Assembly: GCF_033153115.1 (NCBI RefSeq)
Contig: NW_026889758.1
Location: 16,616,001-16,680,000, forward strand
Length of the DNA: 64,000 nt
Direction of reading: 5' to 3'
Source of the DNA: Saccostrea echinata
Lineage: Eukaryota
Part shown: piece by piece, positions 31,842 through 43,346 of the stretch
Layout of the letters: each line of letters begins with the position of its first letter
Numbering within the stretch: the stretch's first letter is position 1
The notes under the pieces: model-generated
Databases searched by the model: none
What the model saw: only the letters and a program-made list of their open reading frames with translations
Told to the model about the DNA's origin: nothing
Made by a program: the position numbers and the translations under genes

Positions 31842-34800
31842 GTAATGCGCCATTTGATCCTATTTATTGATCAATCATCTTATTTATTGATCAATCATCT
31901 TATTTATTCAGGCTAATTGAATGAAAATCAAATTATAAGGATTGAAATTAATAGCTACCCTATTTATGCAGTATAAACTGGGTTGGAACAGTTTATACGG
32001 TATAAATTGGTTATAGCTATATATATATATATATATAATTCCAACTCATGATCTTTTTCATAGCTGGCTTTCTCGGATTATTCAAGTTATATGTTGATGT
32101 CTGCAAAATCTATGGATGTCCTCAATAGCAAACTCAAAAAACCGGTGTACATCCTCAACTTCCGACCAAACTTCGTCGTGGAGGGGTGTGAGGCATTTGA
32201 TGAGGTAAAGGGGTTAATTAGCCCTTAATATATCTAATTAAACATACACATAATGAATTAATCTGCAACAATATTAATTATATATTAATAGCAATAATAT
32301 TGCATCATCATACACAAATTTTACTATTGTAGGAACATTGGAGTGAGGTGAAAATCGGCAATGTCAAATTTAGGAATATTGACGATTGTACAAGGTCGGT
32401 TTACTTTCCTGTGTCCGACAGGTGTCGCATAATATTTGGTCCGCCTCGTTTAAAGGTCCGGGGGGACCTAATACGATAACATATAAGGTCCGACCTGCCT
32501 CTATAATAAAAGGTCCGCCTTCGGTTTAATATGCAGATTTTTCTCCTTTATTGATTGGAAATTAATTTGCTTTATTAATCTTTTTAAATTATTTAAGGTA
32601 TAGTTGTTATAAAAGTGTCCCTCTCAGCAAAATGGAGTTCCAGGGACGTACATGTATATACATTGTATATATACTAAAAGGATCAAGTCTTGCGATATCT
32701 CGCTAGTTGCTGGATTTCGTTAGCCTATTTTAATTAATAATATTTCTAATACTTTGATATATCTCGGTACAAAACCTCAAATTATCTATCAAAAAATTAT
32801 TCAAAATTTAATGTTAGCACCGATTAACTGTTAGCTCCTTATCGTAGTACATACCTCCCAGGTAGTGCACAAAACAAAAAATATAAAGATGCAAAGATCT
32901 GTTGATCGAGTTACCTTATGGAAAAATCATGTACGACATGTGTCTTTTATAGTTTAAGTAATATCAATATTATCATTGCAAAATAAAAAAAAATACATAT
33001 ATATAATACGCATACCTTCACTGGCACATTGTTCAGTATAAGGTGTTCGTAAGTCCAACAATGATCATTTCATTACAGTCTCTTTCCTAACAACGTTCGA
33101 CTTCCACTTCCCAAAAAGAATTTTTTCATATCTTTCGAAAGATATTTCATTATATCATTAATAATATTTATGCATAATTCTTACGATTCATATTGTACCT
33201 AACTATAAAATAATTGGAGGGTCACTTTGACAGGGACTTGTGTTACGGTGTACTAGCCTATCCCGTTGTTGTTAAAACAACATGTCTATGCTTTGGGGGG
33301 TAGGCCTATTGTCTCACCTGACGAAACTTGAAGTCGCATATCCCCCGTGTCTTTATAACCATCGTTTCTTATCCAGTTAAAGACTAACGATTATTTCATT
33401 CTACTTGATATTACCCCGGGGTTAACACTGGTTAAGGAAGATGTGCATTAACTGGCAAAATCAAACCAAAGTCAATCGAGTTGAACATTTTAAGCAATAA
33501 AACACCCCCTCCCCCCAAAAAGGAAAAGATTATAAATGGTGTTTTGTATTTTTGGTGGGTGGGGTATAGCAAAATTATGCTGATACATGTCAAATAGTTT
33601 AAAAAGTACTGATGTTGTAGACTTTCCTCCCGCATTAATATTTTTTCCCGGAAAAACGAGCTTGGGTTTAAAGACCCCTCCCCTTTTGGAAAATGAGCCT
33701 AGCATAGGATTTTATTTCCGGAATTTTTTTTTTAAATATTGTTTATTTCATTCCCTACATTTTGTAGTTTTCATTTCTGACGTTTTAAAATTTTCATCTC
33801 TGACATTTATCACCATAAAGTACTTTTCCGGCAATAAAAACAAAATTGAAATTTCCCTTATAAAAAAATTAAAGAATAAATCAAGAATAATTCATTGATT
33901 TCCAAATGATAAGTTCTGCTTATATTTAAAAGAATCTTATGACGATTTTATCCTCGGACACATGTAAGTGTAAGTTGTGAATTTTTGTTCATCTTTTCAA
34001 ATCAAGATAATCAGACTGAATTTGAGATCAGAAAGGTTTAGATAGAATTTAAGACATACAGAAACTATGTTTGACGGAATAAAGTAATCAAAGTAGAGGA
34101 GATTCTGTTTTTCGGTGCTTTCAAACACATATAATTCAGTGGGCATTAAAATTTGGTGATCAAAAATTGCATGTTTTATTATTGAAATTATTGCATTTTA
34201 TTACTAAACTTTGTATTTTTACTAGACTTAGTGTTGATTGTATTGTAAAATGAAAACAAAAAATGTCGGAAATGCAATGCAAAATTTCGGAAACGACATG
34301 CAGCGAGCTCGGAAGAAACAACCCCGGCTTTATTATGCACCATAGGAAATACTCAGTACGCTTCAGTACAGAATTTTCTCCTTTTCCACCTTCTTACTAG
34401 GGAGAATCTTATCCACCCATACTATTTACAGAGGAGTTTTACAGAGCAACTTGACATGTATTTCCCCCTAAAATAAAAAGGAAAGTGTCTGTTGAGATCG
34501 TGACTGATATAAAAATTCATAAAACACCACCAAGTCGTGTTCTTTTGTTAATATTTTTTTTATATTTATTTTGATTTTGGTTTAAATAAGATTTTCTACG
34601 ACTTTAAGCGGCTATTTCTTTTTTATTTATGTGTGTGTGATGGGGGGGGGGGGGGGGGTTATAGTTCTCTTGTTGCACGTCATCAACATTACAAATTAAA
34701 TAATAATATATATCCTTGGTCCCTTCAGAAAGATGTTTATGGTTGCATATAGATATACAATACAGTAGACACATCTCCTGCAAACGTACATAGAGTGGAT

Positions 34801-37800
34801 AATTAATTGACATTAAAGTTTTGTCTTTTTGTCAGCATATTAAATGAAAAAAGAACACTACTACATATAGTATACATGCAATTCTTATGCACAATTAGGC
34901 CATTCCAAGAGTTTTCTAAGTTAATTAAGCGTCCATCCTAAATTTAAAAACCTTATTATCTTTTTACCCTGGAAAAACACACGAACCAACAAAGAAAAAA
35001 AAAACAATAGGAACTTACAGCATTTCCATAATCTTTGCTTTGTAAATGAGATACATGTATGTGGGGAAAAAGAAAAACAGAGGGCGGACTTTTATTATAC
35101 TGCTTTTTAAGGTCCGCCCTGCCATTTTAACGAGTTTTTTTTTTTTACGCTACGATAACTTATAATAAACTCTGTTCAAAATATTCGCCTTGTAATAGTA
35201 AGATATCTGAAATATAGAGGGCGGACCTTTTATTATACTGCGTTTTAAGGTCCGCCCTGCCTCTTTCTCTAGTTTTTATGCTACGAAAATAAACCCTGTT
35301 CAAAATTTTCGCCTCGTAATAGTAAGATATCTGAAATATGGAGGGCGGACCTTTTATTATACTGCGTTTTAAGGTCCGCCCTGTCTCTTTCTCTAATTTT
35401 TATGCTACGAAAATAAACCCTGTTCAAAATTTTCGCCTTGTAATAGTAAGATATCTGAAATATAGAGGGCGGACCTTTTATTATACTGCGTTTTAAGGTC
35501 CGCCCTGTCTCTTTCTCTAGTTTGTATGCTACGAAAATAAACCCTGTTCAAAATTTTCGCCTTGTAATAGTAAGATATCTGAAATATAGAGGGCGGACCT
35601 TTTATTATACTGCGTTTTAAGGTCCGCCCTGTCTCTTTCTCTAATTTGTATGCTACAAAATAAACCCCGTTCAAAATTTTTGCCTTGTAATAGTAAGATA
35701 TCTGAAATATAGAGGGAGGACCTTTTATTATATTGCGTTTTAAGGTCCGCCCTGTCTCTTTCTCTAATTTTTATGCTACGAAAATAAACCCCGTTCAAAA
35801 TTTTCGCCTCGTAATATTAAGATAATTGAAATATAGAGGGCGGACCTTTTATTATACTGCGTTTTAAGGTCCGCCCTGTCTCTTTCTCTAGTTTGTATGC
35901 TACGAAAATAAACCCTGTTCAAAATTTTTGGCCTTGTAACAGTACCATATCTGAAAAAACAGAGGGCGGACCTTTTATTATACTGCGTTTTAAGGTCCGC
36001 CCTGTCATTTTGACTAGTTTTTATGTTACGGAAATAAACCCTGTCCAAAATGTTTGCTTTCTAACAGTAAGACATCTAAATTATAGAGGGCGGACCTTTT
36101 ATTATACTGCGTTTTAAGGTCCGCCCTGCTTCTTTCTCTAGTTTTTATGCTACGAAAATAAACCCTGTTCAAAATTTTCGCCTCGTAATAGTAAGATATC
36201 TGAAATATAGAGGGCGGACCTTTTATTATACTGCGTTTTAAGGTCCGCCCTGTCTCTTTCTCTAGTTTGTATGCTACGAAAATAAACCCTTTTCAAAATT
36301 TTTGGCCTTGTATCAGTACGATATCTGAAAAACAGAGTGCGGACCTTTTATTATACTGCGTTTTAAGGTCCGCCCTGTCATTTTGACTAGTTTTTATGTT
36401 ACGGAAATAAACCCTGTCCAAAATGTTTGCTTTCTAACAGTAAGACATCTAAATTATAGAGGTCGGACCTTTAAATATACTGCGTTTTAAGGTCCGCCCT
36501 GCATCTTTCTCTAATTTTTATGCTACGAAAATAAACCCCGTTCAAAATTTTCGCCTTGTAATAGTAAGATATCTGAAATATAGAGGACGGACCTTTTATT
36601 ATACTGCGTTTTAAGGTCCGCCCTGTCTCTTTCTCTAGTTTGTATGCTACGAAAATAAACCCTTTTCAAAATTTTTCGCCTTCTAACAGTACGATATCTG
36701 AAAAACAGAGGGCGGACCTTTTATTATACTGCGTTTTAAGGTCCGCCCTGTCATTTTGACTAGTTTTTATGTTAGGGAAATAAACCCTGTCCAAAATGTT
36801 TGCTTTCTAATGGTAAAATATCTGAAAAACAGAGGGCGGACCTTTTATTTTACTGCGTTTTAAGGTCCGCCCTGCCTCTTTATCTAGTTTTTATGCTACG
36901 AAAATAAACCTGTTCAAAGTTTTCGCCCTGTAATAGTACGATATCTGAAATACAGAAGGCGGGGCTTTTATTATACTGCGTTTTAAGGTCCGCCCTGCCC
37001 CTTTCTCTATTTTTCATGCTACAGAAAAAAACTCTTTCTCTTTGTAATAGATAGATCAAAACGGGGGATTAAGGTTTTACATAGGAATATCTAGGAAAAA
37101 GTCTTCAAAAATCTTCTTCTTAAGAACAACAATGTCATGATTAGTCATATTAATATGGAAGCATCATCAGTTAGTGTAGATGTACGTTTGTTCAAATCAT
37201 GACCCCCGGGGTAGGGTGGGGTCACAAGGGGGGATCAAAGTTTTACATAGGATATATATATCGAAAAATCTTCTCCACAAGAACAGCAAAGCCATCTTTA
37301 GTCAGATTGATATGGAAACATCCTCAGGTATTGTGGATTCAAATTTGTTTAAACCATGATAACAGGTCATATAAAATTAATTTTCCGCCAGAATATGGCT
37401 GAAATATAGCCGACTCGGCGTTAAACCCTAATCAATCAAACCATGACCCCCTAGGGGTAGGATGGGCCACAATGCACTATTAGGGTTTAGCATGTGAATG
37501 TATAGGAAAAAAAATTCTAAAACCTTTTTTTCAGGAACAACAAAGCCATATTTAGTCACATTGATATAGAAGTATCTTGAGGTAGTGTAAATTCAAGTTT
37601 GTTTAAATCATGACCCCGAGGGGTAGGGTGGGGCTAGCGCTATATCTATAAAAATCATGACACCTGGGGTAGGGTGGGGTCATAATAGTGATTAATGTTT
37701 TACACTGGAAGATATGTTAGAATAAATTTGCTGATGAAAAACAGCAGGGCCTTATTGGTGAGCGTTGTGGCCCATGGGCCTCTTATTTTATGTCAAGGTC

Positions 37801-40529
37801 TTGGAAAATCGTAGGACGATTCTTTTATAAAAGGCAGTGACGAATCTGAATGTATAATGGTAGTACAATGTATATTTACCTAGAATATATTCACCACATA
37901 CAATCAAAAGATATGTTCAGATTTATTATCCATGTATATCACAAAAATGTTATGTTAGAATGATCATTAGTTGTACTGTATCCGTATCTATAGACTTTGA
38001 TTCATATAGCATGAAAAAGAGGGAGTATTTGTTTCTGTATTCATACAATGAATTGGGAAAATAATCACCTTAAAAATAAGAAAGGGGTTCATCAACACTA
38101 CGTACATAATGTATGTGGTAAATGCCTTGTGTGACAAGTAAAAAGAAATCTGTAATACACCAGATGGTGTTTATTTTCTACGTACTTGATACGCAAGGAG
38201 CAGATGGAAATTTAAAGAAGGTGTTATTGCCACCCCTCCCCCTCTTCCTCACCTGAGATGCAATGTATTACCGAAAATTCCTCCAGCCACTACCGAAATT
38301 ATTCATATAACATGCGCAGATCTGGGGGGGGGGAGTCGGGGGACCCCCCCTCCCCCATCTGGAATTTGCAGAGTTATTAAAAGTATATACTGAAGTAAAT
38401 AAAAAATGACTTTGGGCCCCCTTAGAAAACGTGGACCCTACCATCACCACCACGAAATAGGTGTTTTTCACGTTTTGGAAATGGAATTGGATTTTACGTT
38501 TTTTTTCTTCCTTGTCAAGAAATTTTTGGGTTACTAATTTTTTTTACTGGGATGCCCCCCCCCCCTGGAAAAATTCTTGATCCGCGCCTGTATAATCATT
38601 ATTCAAAATTGTTAGGTAATATCCGAAACAACATATGTGCAATGTATAGCATTTATGAAAATCGAACTTCAAAAATTCTGTCATGACTACATGAGACCGA
38701 TTGTATTATTTCCTCCATGGTTACCACGGAGAATGACTGAGGACTTCGAAAAGGATAATTTAAGGAGATTGGCAAAGTTCCTAGCTTTCGTAAAGAATTT
38801 TTCAAAAACTCTTGAGCAGGTGTAGTGGTACTAAACAATACACTTTATTGGTTTTCACCGCGTAGAAAATTCTACACGGGAGATCACTCTCAATCAAGCT
38901 CCAGACAGCTCAGTATTACTCCATATCATTATTCGTAGGGAAAGTAGTTCCCGGAGAGTATGGAGTATGACTCTCAGTCATACTCCATACAGTGTCAATT
39001 CTCCGGGACTACTTGGTATGGAGTTGTAGCGTAACGTAATACTGAGCTGTCTGCAGCTTGGACTCTCATGATGGAAAACCCCATGAATTACCTTTTTTCT
39101 CCGGATAACCGTGAGTTGCCACTTTCCATAAATGAATAAAATAAATAATCAGCGTTTTATAAAAGAAATATATTTTTGATTTAAAATTAGACTGAAACGC
39201 TTCTAGTCGACATCACGAAAATGTACATATCATGAAGCTTGAAATGGGAAATATGATGCACGCTTGACAACGTCCCCAGAAACAATCAGTCAGTATATTT
39301 CTGGGTGCATTTGGGGGGGGGGGGTTATAGCACAAATTAATGTAGAAAATAGAAATTCCTTGATACGCAAAAAAAAGGAAGAGGATCAACTGATGTTCCC
39401 TCGCCTTCCCCCGTTCATACAGACGTGAGATACATAAATGACTTGTATATAGAACTGGACATTCAACTTTGCTCAAAATGCTTCATGTCGGTAATAAAAG
39501 AAAATATTTTACAATAATGATTTCAAATTTTAATCGGTCATGCAATACAGCCTGCTAGATTATCCCACAGTCTGTCTATTATAGTCACAGTAAAATGTGT
39601 AATTTCTTTTTCTTTTGGCCCCCCCCCCCAAAAAAATACAAAAATGAAATATTATTTCATATATAGTTCATTATAACGAGAAAGAGTGATGTTTTTATAA
39701 GAAAGAATTAAATCCAAACCATGATTATACTTTAAATCTGATGTATATGTTTTCAATATTGAATTACCTGTTTTAAGCTTTAACATTACATGTATTTTGT
39801 TTCTGCAGTAAATACAGATAGAATACAACATTAGGCTATATATTACCCTATCCACAAATAAAGGGCAAAATATTATTATAAACTGAAAACAAGTTAATTG
39901 TTAAAACTAAAGGGAAGCATATACATACTTTTATTTTTTATCGGTCTAAGTATTAAACTCTACACTTGGAATAAGAAATTTCTTTAAATATTGTAATAAA
40001 AATAGACTATATATAATTATATAATTATATCACAATTTTGATGTGTACGCATGAATATCATAATAGTATTATAATTTGTTCTTCAGCATAATTTATTAAA
40101 ATAGAGAATTCATATCTATTGATTTAAAGCAAACACATGACCATTACATTGTCATTGCTATCTGCCGCGGGCTCTACCTGCGGGTACCTGTCAGGTATAC
40201 GAATACTTCACACCCCCATTGTTTTATTGCCTATACACACCGGCAGATTTCACACCTTTAATCGTCCTAATTTACACAAAGCAAATGCTGGGGAAAAACA
40301 AACACTGCGACATTTTTTAAAATCATTGCCCTAAACGGTATTGCTAAAAGCACACTAAACATGGAGTAGCAATTCCTGCCCTAAGAGATATATATTGTAC
40401 AAAAAAATAAACACAACAGCTAGGGTAAATCCTTAATCTTTCTTCATATGATGTAAACAAACTCTCTTTAATTTTATGTGTTTAAGTCAAGATTAAAACA
40501 TTTTGCACCACCCGGACCTTTAAACTTAG

Positions 40530-40568
<39 letters not shown>

Positions 40569-42948
40569 AAGGCGGACCTTATATGTTATCGTATTAGGTC
40601 CCCCCGGACCTTTAAACGAGGCGGACCAAATATTATGCGACACCGGGCAAAACAAAATGCTATGATAAAGGTTTAAGGATCGCCCCAATGTAAGATGTGT
40701 TCCCCCATTGTTTACTTCAGGTGTCTCCTGACTACCGTTGATCCTTATACAGGGGAAAAATCAAAGGAAGAGGAACCATTAAAGACATTAAGAACGTACG
40801 TATTTTGTCTAGACTATATACGATGGTCGTCCCAAAATGTGTAAACAAAGAAAACAATTTAGTTTCTCTTTGTGAAATTAAATTTCTTGTCTGTCATAGT
40901 GAAAAATCAACATTTTATGATCATGAATTTCAAGTTTCATGATAAAACCTTTAATAAGAAAATAATGTGAACATGAAGAAAGCATATAAGTGAATATCGG
41001 CGCACGAAAGCAAGCGTAGTTTACATGTCTTATAATATCATGTTCATTGCTTTTTAGTACTATCCCTGTGCTCAACACGCGTCTCTGAAGCATCTCATTG
41101 ATTTTTTAAACTGGCAAACCACTCTTGACTGAGGGGCTAATTAATTAAAATCAATTAATTAAAATTCACAACTGTCCATAGTTTTATTTTTATCAGATTC
41201 AAACTTCAGTCCTCGAAAGGTCGCCTTACATTGTAGGAAGCAGAGAATACACAAATTTTGGTCGAACTTGACCCATAACGTTCCTCAATTTGAATCGTGA
41301 ATTTAAGAAAGAGTACTCTACTTATAGAACTAACTATTTTCGGTACGGAGGTGACAGTCCTTGAATCTCTTATGCCATTTAAAAACAACTTCTCTACTAA
41401 CTTTCTAGTGTGTAATGTCACTTCTGTATCTTTTTCCGTCTCTGAAGCCAAACCACATTTGAATCCCCGTGCGCTGCTCACGCGATTGACGACGCCATTT
41501 GTAGCAAACTCAATTCCAACAACGCTTTGAAAATTACGACAACTATCACTGATGCCATTTATGTGAAAATTTGATATATTAGAAAGATTTTGCTTTTGGT
41601 TTCACTGATATAAATTTGAGTTTTGTGTTTTACATAGTTTACCAGAGAAACAAATTGGAATACATGTAATTACATATGTAAATTATTCCCGATTTTGTTT
41701 GTGCGCCAACATATCATATCAGCCTTCCTATAAATTGTATAATATTATTACCATAAAAGATATTTATTTAAGATTTCACTATCTTAAGGAACATTGAATA
41801 AATGAATTATGGCTATGCAAAATTTGGTTAGTACTGGTTGAATGTTTACCAAGTTATAAACATTGTCTACGACTTTTTGGGACAACCCTCATAGTAGCAA
41901 CAATAGTTAATTTTTACAAAGAGCTTTGCCCCATAAAACAAATGCAAAATATTTCTACTATGGTTCATAAAGCTCACTTGTGTCATCATTCTAACGTCAC
42001 GCCAAACAAATGTGCAATAAGACTACTAATTAAAGGCCTTAAATGTCAACAATTTTAATTTAACATATTATCTTATATTTATTCTCAACGATTTTGATTT
42101 AACGTATTATCTTATTTTTGTTCACAAGCATGAATGTGACATACTTGAAAGTGCTTGCAAATAATTCTGAATATTTCATTTTCACGTAAATTCCTTTGAT
42201 GGCCATGTCTTAATCCCGATGTCAGGATTTGAACGAATTTTAATCTACATAAGAAAGTGAAGCTTTCGCATATGTATTTTTCTGGTACCCAAAGTGGTTC
42301 TTTAGGAAAAAAAAATAATCCTAACCAATCTTGTTATTTTAAAATAAGGAAAATTTGGGAATGGGCATGATCCTTTATTTGAACAAACCCCCTTAAGGTT
42401 CATCGATACTCTAGGAGAGATAACTCTTAATGATATAAATATCTATTATTCCTTTATAAATTTGTCAAGTGTCTTTTTTGTCCAATTTTGCCCCGCAAGC
42501 TATGCTATTATTGTTTGCATTTTACTTAACAGATACATTTCTTTCGGAAAATCATAAGAGTTAAAGAAACATTTTATATGAGTGAGCAGAGGGTTTATGA
42601 ACCTTAATCCAAAAATTATTTGTTGCAAGTTTGGTTAAGATTTGCTCAGCGAGTCAGAAGATGACATCGAAAAAGCTTATAAACGACACTACAGATCGAC
42701 AGCATGCTTATAAACGACACTACAGATCGACAGCATGCTTATAAACGACACTACAGATCGACAGCATGCTTACACTGGAATGTTCTTTATGAAGCAGATC
42801 ATGTAAGGTGATAAAAAAAATTGTCTTTTGTAGGTTTCGTTGTCGACCGGACCGTTATGGCCCTAAACCTGTGATGGGGATCTGCCTGGCCCCCGATTCT
42901 CTGGGTGGGGTCAGAGTAGGGGATGAGGTTTTTGTCAAATACAAGTAA
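27251..42948 (+). CDS. MTARC2: Mitochondrial amidoxime-reducing component (mARC1/2-like, MOSC_N + MOSC), 7 exons, 319 aa
   Basis: Exons: 27251-27465, 29584-29760, 29886-30060, 32064-32204, 32333-32394, 40721-40795, 42834-42948 (960 nt). Motifs: hydrophobic N-anchor, VGKISELHVWPVKSCGG, GDRTW, TQRQEPKMALI, DCGE..ATW, NFRPNFVVEGCEAFDEEHW, CTRCLLTTVDP (Moco-ligating Cys region), EPLKTLRTFR, VRVGDEV. Invertebrate gene, so co-orthologous to MTARC1 and MTARC2. Confidence 0.93.
30267..30590 (-). mobile_element. tRNA-derived SINE
   Basis: On minus: B-box-like GGTTCGATT near 30555-30563 and a (TCAA)n tail at 30267-30279; homologous to the decayed copy at 53880-54977. Confidence 0.75.
30680..30929. mobile_element. 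MITE with 5-bp TSD (hAT5-like)
   Basis: CATGGCCGTAGGAAC ... GTTTATTATGGGCCTG; AAGCA on both flanks; G-tract and C-tract subtermini. Confidence 0.6.
30975..31755. repeat. 30-bp minisatellite (TTATCAATACTCGTCCTCTGTTTCTGTAGA)n, about 24 units
   Basis: Direct inspection; units are most homogeneous at the right end. Confidence 0.92.
31752..31841. repeat. Compound microsatellite (TATC)~16(TTTC)~6
   Basis: Direct inspection. Confidence 0.95.
35078..37020. repeat. 124-bp tandem satellite, 16 units, each with a 12-bp stem hairpin
   Basis: AGGGCGGACCTT-ttattatactgcgtttt-AAGGTCCGCCCT at 35081, 35218, 35342, 35466, 35590, 35713, 35837, 35963, 36087, 36211, 36336, 36460, 36584, 36709, 36833, 36956. Confidence 0.95.
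37040..37790 (+). mobile_element. 5'-truncated HINE-like element (same family as 9770-10857)
   Basis: aatcatgacccc..gggtagggtgggg units and 3' end GGTGAGCGTTGTGGCCCATGGGCCTCTTATT. Confidence 0.7.
37360..37437 (+). mobile_element. 5'-truncated SINE/LINE 3' end with 9-bp TSD
   Basis: ...ATATGGCTGAAATATAGCCGACTCGGCGTTAAACCCTAATCAATC tail, flanked by AAACCATGA at 37351-37359 and 37438-37446. Confidence 0.6.
38311..38590. mobile_element. MITE with 5-bp TSD (hAT5-like)
   Basis: CATGCGCAGATC ... GATCCGCGCCTG; TATAA on both flanks. Confidence 0.65.
38895..39060. mobile_element. Palindromic MITE
   Basis: CAAGCTCCAGACAGCTCAGTATTAC / GTAATACTGAGCTGTCTGCAGCTTG TIR, plus inner IR AAGTAGT.CCGGAGA / TCTCCGG.ACTACTT; ACTCTCA near both ends. 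Confidence 0.65.
42675..42772. repeat. 31-bp tandem repeat x3
   Basis: GCTTATAAACGACACTACAGATCGACAGCAT, three identical copies just upstream of the last mARC exon. Confidence 0.95.
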
Positions 42949-43001
42949 CTCCCCACCAACAGATCTTCATACTTAAATACATACACAAATTTCTGTACTC
43001 C

Positions 43002-43007
43002 AATAAA
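43002..43007 (+). terminator. Candidate polyA signal of mARC
   Basis: AATAAA about 54 nt after the TAA stop. Confidence 0.5.
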
Positions 43008-43346
43008 TACAACGGTGCAATATTGGCATAATTTCAATTTGTACTTTTTCTAAAAAAAAAATATAAATATTTTAAAATTTATTTTAAGCATTATACTTTA
43101 AAGCACATATAGGTGATCCTCTTTTTTTTTTCTCTTTTTCTGTCAAATGGTTTGGTTACTTTTGTATGTAAAATTCTGTTTAACAAATGTTTATGACTAG
43201 TTTATGTTTTATATATTCTATTAAAGCACAGAAAAGGGGCATGATATTCAAATACAAACAGAAATATTGCAAATTCTATGTTTTTTATTTTGTTCATATA
43301 CATTTATGATACACCATTTTTTTTTTATTTGAAAGGATAAGAAAAT

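Larger units (their letters stand above)
32419..40646. mobile_element. 8.2-kb non-autonomous TIR element in mARC intron 5
   Basis: About 71-bp perfect TIR GGTGTCGCATAATATTTGGTCCGCCTCGTTTAAAGGTCCGGGGGGACCTAATACGATAACATATAAGGTCCG at 32421-32491, reverse complement at about 40573-40644; no transposase ORF seen; TSD unclear. Confidence 0.85.

Noticed and set aside
35405-36117. Repetitive ORFs (RERDRADLKTQYNKRSALY...)
   Set aside because: By-products of a 124-bp unit that is not a multiple of 3; frames shift every unit and there is no splice support.
35078-37020. CRISPR-like array (palindromic repeats with spacers)
   Set aside because: The spacers are homologous to each other, the context is a eukaryotic intron and no cas genes are present; it is a satellite.
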